Source: Gammaproteobacteria bacterium (lineage in GTDB: Bacteria; Pseudomonadota; Gammaproteobacteria; Tenderiales; Tenderiaceae). Taken from it: DNA of 64,000 bases. Shown in pieces: positions 57,807-64,000 of this stretch. The translations under genes and the position numbers were made by a program. The notes below the pieces were generated by a model that did no database searches, was not told the origin of the DNA, and saw nothing but the letters and a program-made list of their open reading frames with translations. The stretch spans positions 7,848 through 71,847 of the forward strand of contig JAKFXL010000011.1 in the NCBI GenBank assembly GCA_021731365.1, read 5' to 3'. The first letter of the stretch is position 1. The number at the start of each line of letters is the position of its first letter.

Positions 57807-58409
57807 TTACCGCTCCCGAACATATTCACCACGCACAGCGGCCAGCAGCTCTATCTGCCCCGCCTTAATATCAATCTTCAACCCTTGGGCGCGGGTAACG
57901 CCATGGCGCTCACGAATCTCCACCGCCGCACCGGACTCGGCACGCTGCTGATCGACATAGACCCGCAGATCGCGTGTAAGTAACTCCTGCATCACCGTCT
58001 CTTTTTCATCAATATGCTGCACCTGGACTGCACCCTTCAGTAGCGCCTCTGCGCCATTACTCTCAATATGCGCCTGCTCTGCCCGCAACTGCCAACGCTC
58101 CACGGCCTGCGGACCAGCGGGCTGACCAACAGGCTGATAAAGCAGCAGCTCCGGCTGCTCCAGGATTGAACTGCCATCGTCCATATAGTGTTGCATCGAG
58201 ACTGCACGCAGACGGTGACGGGGACGCCCCTGCTCATCCATGGCCATCACCTCAAAATCACGCATTGAGTAGTCGACCACATGGCTATCACGCGGCTGCT
58301 CCACCCCCGTGGCACTCTCCTGACGCTGAAACCACCAGCTCAGCAGCGCCAATACCAGCACCACAACCATGCTGATATAACGTTTATGTCCACCTACACT
58401 AACGGCCAT
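57807..58409 (-). CDS. lptC: LPS export protein LptC
   Basis: N-terminal TM helix; C-terminal VRGEY; between kdsC and lptA. Confidence 0.87.
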   Translation of the reverse strand: MAVSVGGHKRYISMVVVLVLALLSWWFQRQESATGVEQPRDSHVVDYSMRDFEVMAMDEQGRPRHRLRAVSMQHYMDDGSSILEQPELLLYQPVGQPAGPQAVERWQLRAEQAHIESNGAEALLKGAVQVQHIDEKETVMQELLTRDLRVYVDQQRAESGAAVEIRERHGVTRAQGLKIDIKAGQIELLAAVRGEYVRER

Positions 58410-58421
58410 ATAGGATTGAGG

Positions 58422-58949
58422 TCACTCAGCCACGTACTTGGCCATCTGCCCGGCCAGAGTCCCTTGGGCCTCCATGATCAGCTCACAGATATCACGCGCC
58501 GCACCACGCCCACCGGCGGAGGGGGTCTGCCAGTGGGCATGTCGTTTAACCAGACCGTGGGCATCCTGAACCGCCACCGCCAGCCCCACCTGCTGCATCA
58601 CCGGCAGATCCACCACATCATCCCCCACGTAGCTCACCTGCTCCGCCTCCAGTGCCAAAAGCTCTAGCAGATGGGCAAAGGCGACCCGTTTGTCATGCTG
58701 CCCCTGATAGAGATACTTCACCCCCAGGCCATTCATCCGGTGCTCCACCACTGCCGAGCTGCGGCCTGTAATGATGGCAATCGGAACCCCCGTCTCCTGC
58801 AACATCTTCATGCCATGGCCATCACGGGAGTTGAACTGTTTGTACTCGTGGCCCTCCTTGTCCATGATCAACCCACCATCGGTCAATACACCATCCACAT
58901 CAAAGATCAGCAGTTTAATGCGCGCCGCACGGGCGAGAATATCTTGCAT
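58422..58949 (-). CDS. kdsC: KDO 8-phosphate phosphatase
   Basis: DVDGVLTDG, GDDVVDL, GGRGAAR. Confidence 0.95.
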   Translation of the reverse strand: MQDILARAARIKLLIFDVDGVLTDGGLIMDKEGHEYKQFNSRDGHGMKMLQETGVPIAIITGRSSAVVEHRMNGLGVKYLYQGQHDKRVAFAHLLELLALEAEQVSYVGDDVVDLPVMQQVGLAVAVQDAHGLVKRHAHWQTPSAGGRGAARDICELIMEAQGTLAGQMAKYVAE

Positions 58950-58976
58950 AGGGACTCCGTTTTATCGCTAAAGGGG

Positions 58977-59984
58977 CTAAACCACACCGGCACGCAGCAG
59001 GTCATGCATATTCAGGGCACCCACCACTCGCTGGTCACCATCCACCACCAGCAGGGCATTGATCTTATGTGTCTCCATCAGCCGCAGTGCCTCGGCAGCC
59101 AGCTCATCCGGCCCCACGGTTTTGCCACCACGGGTCATCAGCTCCGCCACTTTGGCGTGATAGATATCGACCCCCTGGTCAACTGCACGGCGCAGGTCGC
59201 CGTCGGTAAAGACACCCAGCAGGGTCTGCTGCTCATCCACCACGGCCACTACCCCCAACCCCTTGCGCGACATCGCCATCAGCGCATCGATCAGGGAGAC
59301 CTCGGCGGTCACCAGCGGCAACGCCTCACCACTGTGCATCACATCGCGGATCAACAGCAGCAACCGCCGCCCCAGACGACCACCGGGGTGGGAGCGGGCA
59401 AAATCCTCCGCCGTAAAACCGCGTTGCTCCAGCAGCGCCACGGCCAACGCATCCCCCATCACCAGGGCCGCCGTGGTGCTGCAGGTAGGGGCAAGTCCCA
59501 GCGGACACGCCTCTTCCGCCACCGTCACATCAATGTGCACATCAGCGGCGCGGGCCAGGGTGGAGCCAGTGTTGCCCGTCAGGGTGATCAACGGCACGCC
59601 GATACGTTTAATCAGCGGCAGTATGGTCAGAATCTCATCGGTCTCTCCTGAATTGGAGAAGGCCATCACCACATCCTTGGGCATGATCATGCCCAGGTCG
59701 CCATGGCTGGCCTCACCGGGATGGACAAAAAAGGCCGGACTGCCAGTGCTCGCCAACGTGGCGGCAATCTTGCCACCAACGTGGCCAGACTTACCCATAC
59801 CAATCACCACAATGCGCCCTTCACACGCCAGCATCAATTCGCAGGCGTGGACAAAACTCTCATCGATACGCGCCGCCAATGCCGCAACCGCACGCGCCTC
59901 GGTTTCGATGACCGCCAACCCCAGGCGCTTCAGTTTGTCGCGCTCGGCCGCTGCCAATACCATCGTCTTCTGTTCAGATCTCAA
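58977..59984 (-). CDS. kdsD: Arabinose 5-phosphate isomerase
   Basis: GMGKSGH, HPGEASHGDLG, HPGG; CBS pair. Confidence 0.95.
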   Translation of the reverse strand: MRSEQKTMVLAAAERDKLKRLGLAVIETEARAVAALAARIDESFVHACELMLACEGRIVVIGMGKSGHVGGKIAATLASTGSPAFFVHPGEASHGDLGMIMPKDVVMAFSNSGETDEILTILPLIKRIGVPLITLTGNTGSTLARAADVHIDVTVAEEACPLGLAPTCSTTAALVMGDALAVALLEQRGFTAEDFARSHPGGRLGRRLLLLIRDVMHSGEALPLVTAEVSLIDALMAMSRKGLGVVAVVDEQQTLLGVFTDGDLRRAVDQGVDIYHAKVAELMTRGGKTVGPDELAAEALRLMETHKINALLVVDGDQRVVGALNMHDLLRAGVV

Positions 59985-60191
59985 TTAACCTTTTACCTCA
60001 GGGTAGCCCAGCGCCACCAATTTGGCGGCAATCGCACCGCGATCCAGCGCCGCGCCGTTCACCAGCACCTGTTTGGTGGCCAGATCAACACTCACAGACT
60101 CAATCCCCGCCATCTGGCCAAGACCGTTCTCAATGTTGCTGACACAACCGCCACATTTGACGTTTGTGACTATAAACCGCTCTTCTGCCAT
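59985..60191 (-). CDS. Heavy-metal-associated (CopZ-like) small protein
   Basis: VTNVKCGGC...LGY; AAGGAGAGG RBS. Confidence 0.85.
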   Translation of the reverse strand: MAEERFIVTNVKCGGCVSNIENGLGQMAGIESVSVDLATKQVLVNGAALDRGAIAAKLVALGYPEVKG

Positions 60192-60201
60192 CACCCTCTC
60201 C

Positions 60202-61173
60202 TTATGCAATTGCACTGATATAGAGCCACACCATATACCCACCAAAGGCGAGCAGCAAAGCCCCCCCTTCCCAGCGGCCAATACTACGCTGGCCACGAAA
60301 ACCGTAGGCCATCATGAACATCGCCAGGGTCAGGCCGATCACCCACGGAAAATCGCGGGTCAGCACCGCCGCCTCAAAACCGCCCGGATGGATCAACCCC
60401 GGCAGACTCAGCACCCCCAGCAGGTTAAACATGTTGGAGCCGATGATATTGCCCAACGCAAGGTCCGACTCTTTTTTCAGCGCGCTCATCACCGACGCCA
60501 TCAGCTCCGGCATACTGGTACCAATGGCGATGATGGTCAGCCCAATCACCAGATCACTGACACCAAAGGCCTGGGCAATATTAACACTCCCCCAGACCAA
60601 CAGCCGTGACGACACCAACATCACCACCAGTCCCAACAGGAGCCAGAAGAGCGCCCGCTGGGTACTCATGGCCGCCGGCAGTTTAGACGCCACCTCCGCC
60701 GCCAGTGGATCCTCCTGCCCCCGGGCATTAAGACCAATCCGAACCACCAGATAGATCAGCGCAATCAAACTGATCATAAGAACAAACCCATCCAGCCGCC
60801 CCAACTCACCATCAGAGAGTAGCCAGTACGATAACAGCGTGACCGCCAGCAGCAGCGGAAACTCGCGCCGCAACGTATCGGAGCTGACCAGCAGCGGTGC
60901 CAGCAGCGCTGTCGCCCCCAGCACCAGCCCAATGTTGGCAATATTGGAGCCCAGCGCATTGCCGATGGCCAGACCGGTATTGCCGCTCCAAGAGGCCATG
61001 CCCGCCACCAGCAGCTCGGGGGAGGAGGTGCCAAACCCGACAATCGTCAACCCGATCACCATCGGCGAGACACCAAAATTACGGGCCGTTGCCGACGCCC
61101 CCAGCACACACCGTTCAGCGCTCCAGACCAGCAACAGAAACCCACCCAGCACCGCCAACAGGGAGACCAGCAT
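60202..61173 (-). CDS. yrbG: Calcium/sodium antiporter (YrbG)
   Basis: Two alpha repeats: GTSSPE/GSNIAN and GTSMPE/GSNMFN. Confidence 0.9.
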   Translation of the reverse strand: MLVSLLAVLGGFLLLVWSAERCVLGASATARNFGVSPMVIGLTIVGFGTSSPELLVAGMASWSGNTGLAIGNALGSNIANIGLVLGATALLAPLLVSSDTLRREFPLLLAVTLLSYWLLSDGELGRLDGFVLMISLIALIYLVVRIGLNARGQEDPLAAEVASKLPAAMSTQRALFWLLLGLVVMLVSSRLLVWGSVNIAQAFGVSDLVIGLTIIAIGTSMPELMASVMSALKKESDLALGNIIGSNMFNLLGVLSLPGLIHPGGFEAAVLTRDFPWVIGLTLAMFMMAYGFRGQRSIGRWEGGALLLAFGGYMVWLYISAIA

Positions 61174-61175
61174 CC

Positions 61176-62057
61176 CTAGCCGGCCTTGTAGTAGTGCAGT
61201 GCAATACCCACAAACACCGCCGCGCCAACCCACTGATTGTTCAGAAACGCCCTGAAGCAGAGCATGCCGTCACGATTCTGGATCAGATACTGCTGGTAAC
61301 ACATGAAAAAAACCGCCACCGCCAACCCGGCATAATAGTAACCACCCAGCTCCAGCTTGACCCCTACCGTCACCAGCACCACCAGCGTCAACGCCTGAAT
61401 GATGGCAATCATGGCACGGTCCGCCGGACCAAACAGGATCGCCGTCGACTTGACGCCAATCTTCATATCATCCGGGCGGTCAACCATGGCGTACATCGTA
61501 TCGTAGGCGGTGGCCCACAACACCGTGGCGATCAGCAGCAGCCACGCTACTGTTGGCACACTGCCGGTCTGTGCGGCAAAGGCCATCGGCACGGCCCAGC
61601 CAAACGCCAGCCCCAGATAGACCTGTGGCAGATAGGTGTGGCGTTTCATGTAGGGGTAACTGGCCGCCAGTGCCGCCCCCACAAAGGAGAGCAGGATAGT
61701 GAGCAGGTTCATCGTCAGCACCAGTGCAAACGCCGTCAGTGACAGCACCGCAAACAGCAACAGCGTCTCTTTAGTTGTCACCCGCCCCGCCGTCAGTGGC
61801 CGGTCGCTGGTACGGGCCACGTACCGGTCAATGTCGCGGTCGGCGTAGTCGTTAATCACACACCCTGCCGAACGCATCAGCACCACCCCCAGCACAAACA
61901 CCGTCGCCACCCAGAGGTCCGGTTGCCCCTCTGAGGCTATCCACAACGCCCATAGGGTTGGCCAGAGCAGTAAAAAGATACCAATCGGGCGGTCAAATCG
62001 CGTGAGCAGGATATATTGCCGTAACCGTTGCATTATCAAACCAACACTCTCATTCAA
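61176..62057 (-). CDS. ubiA: 4-hydroxybenzoate polyprenyltransferase
   Basis: [33 protein letters not shown]. Confidence 0.95.
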   Translation of the reverse strand: MNESVGLIMQRLRQYILLTRFDRPIGIFLLLWPTLWALWIASEGQPDLWVATVFVLGVVLMRSAGCVINDYADRDIDRYVARTSDRPLTAGRVTTKETLLLFAVLSLTAFALVLTMNLLTILLSFVGAALAASYPYMKRHTYLPQVYLGLAFGWAVPMAFAAQTGSVPTVAWLLLIATVLWATAYDTMYAMVDRPDDMKIGVKSTAILFGPADRAMIAIIQALTLVVLVTVGVKLELGGYYYAGLAVAVFFMCYQQYLIQNRDGMLCFRAFLNNQWVGAAVFVGIALHYYKAG

Positions 62058-62601
62058 TCACCGTATAAACCATGCCCGTCACTAATGACGGCAAAAAAAT
62101 CTCATTCACCAGCAGAGGCCGGCCAGCCACGGTAAAGACCGAACGCCGCCCCCAGAGGGGTCTGCTACCGGCCACTGCGCCGTACGCGCCCTGTTCCGGA
62201 CCCACCAGCGCCACCTGCATCTCACCACGATACATGGTGCGATCACGAAACAGCTGCTCACCCAGTGGCCTGCCGCCCAACCGCGCCAGCCGCCGCTGCC
62301 GCCCCACCAGTGTCTGACGTGGCAAGATGGTGCGGGCGTAGACCACCGCCTCACCATTGCACCAGAGCCGCACCTGTCGGATCAACGCCACCGCCCGTGG
62401 CTCCAGCCCCAATACCTGCTGTTCACACCTTAATGGTCTGGCCCAATGCTGCCGGAGCAGTTCAACCCGAAAGTCACCACCACTAGCCTGCCGCAGCCGC
62501 CGTGTCAGGGAGCCGTTATCAAACAGCCAGCCTGCAATCCGCGGGGGTACCTGACCCCGTCTGATCAGACGGGCGTTGCGCCACGCCGGCTCACCCTTCA
62601 T
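62050..62601 (-). CDS. ubiC: Chorismate pyruvate-lyase
   Basis: [35 protein letters not shown]. Start approximate. Confidence 0.9.
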   Translation of the reverse strand: MKGEPAWRNARLIRRGQVPPRIAGWLFDNGSLTRRLRQASGGDFRVELLRQHWARPLRCEQQVLGLEPRAVALIRQVRLWCNGEAVVYARTILPRQTLVGRQRRLARLGGRPLGEQLFRDRTMYRGEMQVALVGPEQGAYGAVAGSRPLWGRRSVFTVAGRPLLVNEIFLPSLVTGMVYTVIE

Positions 62602-62632
62602 CCAAGACTGCCCATATTCTGGAATAGAACCC

Positions 62633-64000
62633 TCAAACATCGCCGTAACGCTGCGCCTCACCCAACCAACGTGCAATCAGTGGTGGTACCCGCTCTGGCC
62701 AGCGCTGCAGCAGCTGCCCGGCCACTGCTTCCACCTGCGGCAGCAGCGCCTGATCACGCACCAGATCGGCGATACGCAACATCAACAGACCACTCTGCCG
62801 GGTCCCCAATACCTCACCGGGGCCACGTAACTCCAGATCACGGCGGGCGATTTCAAAACCGTCATTGGTCTCGCGCAGCGCCGCCAGCCGGGCACGCCCC
62901 TGAGCGGAAAGCGGCTTATGATACATCAAAACACAGCTGCTACTGACGTCGCCACGCCCAACCCGGCCCCGCAACTGATGCAGTTGCGCCAGCCCTAAAC
63001 GCTCGGCATTTTCAATAATCATCAAACTGGCATTGGGCACATCCACCCCCACCTCAATCACCGTGGTCGCCACCAGCAGCTGCAGCTCACCGCCCTTAAA
63101 GGCGGCCATAATCGACTCTTTTTCGGCGGACTTCATCCGCCCATGAAGCAGGCCGATGTTCAGGTCCGGCAGTGCTTCAGTCAACTCGACCACCGCCGCC
63201 TCTGCCGCCTGACACTGCAACAGCTCCGACTCCTCAATGAGTGTGCAGACCCAGTAGGCCTGACGCCCCTCGCTGGCGCAGGCGCTATGAACCCGCTGCA
63301 CCACCTCGGCACGACGACTGTCGGAGATCACTACTGTTTCAACAGGCGTGCGCCCCGGCGGTAACTCATCAATCACTGAGATATCAAGATCGGCATACGC
63401 GGTCATCGCCAGGGTCCGTGGGATCGGTGTCGCGGTCATGATCAGCTGATGGGGCAGCCGACCGTCGACATCACGCCCTTTCTCACGCAGCGCCAACCGC
63501 TGATGCACCCCAAAGCGGTGCTGCTCATCAACCACCACCAACCCCAACCGGTTAAAGACCACCTCATCCTGGAACAGGGCGTGGGTCCCCACCGCCAGCG
63601 CCGCATCGCCCGCCACCAGTCGCGCCAGATTGTCGCGCCGCTCCCGCACCCCTTGCTTACCGCTGAACCAGGCCACCTGCAGCCCCAATGGCTCACACCA
63701 GTGGCGGAAGTTACGCAGATGCTGTTCCGCCAGCAGCTCCGTCGGGGCCATCACCGCCACCTGATACCCCGCCTCCACCGCTTGCAGTGCCGCGGCGGCG
63801 GCCACCAGGGTTTTGCCACACCCCACATCCCCCTGCACCAGCCGCTGCATCGGATGGGGTTTGGCCATATCGGCAAACAGCTCTGCCATCACCCTCCGCT
63901 GCGCCCCGGTCAGGGTAAAGGGCAACCCGGCACGGAGCTGTTGTAACAGACTCCCAGGAACCACCATCACCGGCGCACTGTTAATCTCAATACGTTGACG
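62633..64000 (-). CDS. recG: ATP-dependent DNA helicase RecG (5' part outside the window)
   Basis: QGDVGCGKT, DEQHRFG, TATPIPRTL, QLRGRVGRG, RGPGE. Confidence 0.96.
   Translation of the reverse strand, partial: RQRIEINSAPVMVVPGSLLQQLRAGLPFTLTGAQRRVMAELFADMAKPHPMQRLVQGDVGCGKTLVAAAAALQAVEAGYQVAVMAPTELLAEQHLRNFRHWCEPLGLQVAWFSGKQGVRERRDNLARLVAGDAALAVGTHALFQDEVVFNRLGLVVVDEQHRFGVHQRLALREKGRDVDGRLPHQLIMTATPIPRTLAMTAYADLDISVIDELPPGRTPVETVVISDSRRAEVVQRVHSACASEGRQAYWVCTLIEESELLQCQAAEAAVVELTEALPDLNIGLLHGRMKSAEKESIMAAFKGGELQLLVATTVIEVGVDVPNASLMIIENAERLGLAQLHQLRGRVGRGDVSSSCVLMYHKPLSAQGRARLAALRETNDGFEIARRDLELRGPGEVLGTRQSGLLMLRIADLVRDQALLPQVEAVAGQLLQRWPERVPPLIARWLGEAQRYGDV

Overview
About 64 kb of a gammaproteobacterial chromosome, probably Chromatiales/Thiotrichales-like (inferred from gene order and protein types). 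Two housekeeping blocks flank an accessory island. Left block (1-34.2 kb): DEAD-box helicase, gshA-gshB-apbE-nusGII-Gx-tonB-yqgE-ruvX-pyrR-pyrB-pyrC', pilU-like ATPase, ECF sigma/anti-sigma, diheme cytochrome c, GH13 enzyme, dnaQ-rnhA-gloB-mltD, modBC and slyD. Right block (47.5-64 kb): mgtE, PTS/rapZ/hprK/ptsN, rpoN, lptBAC, kdsCD, yrbG, ubiAC and recG. The island (about 34.2-45.8 kb) looks like a decayed integron: a disrupted integron-integrase-like 5' fragment diverging from an attI-like site, several attC-bounded cassettes (one ORF-less, one apparently carrying a catalase), and a second attI-like site. GTAG-type REP hairpins have broken up the array. The most striking element is a 250-bp 'mini-RAYT', present twice: 36-bp inverted REPs around the fused first and last codons of a REP-associated tyrosine transposase, with the same deletion junction in both copies. 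The two copies bracket an attI-like site plus two cassettes and an IS1111-like end lodged in a REP. A separate MITE-like family with IS5-type ends occurs four times, always between convergent genes. No rRNA, tRNA or CRISPR array was seen. All family calls come from motif recognition; no database searches were run.
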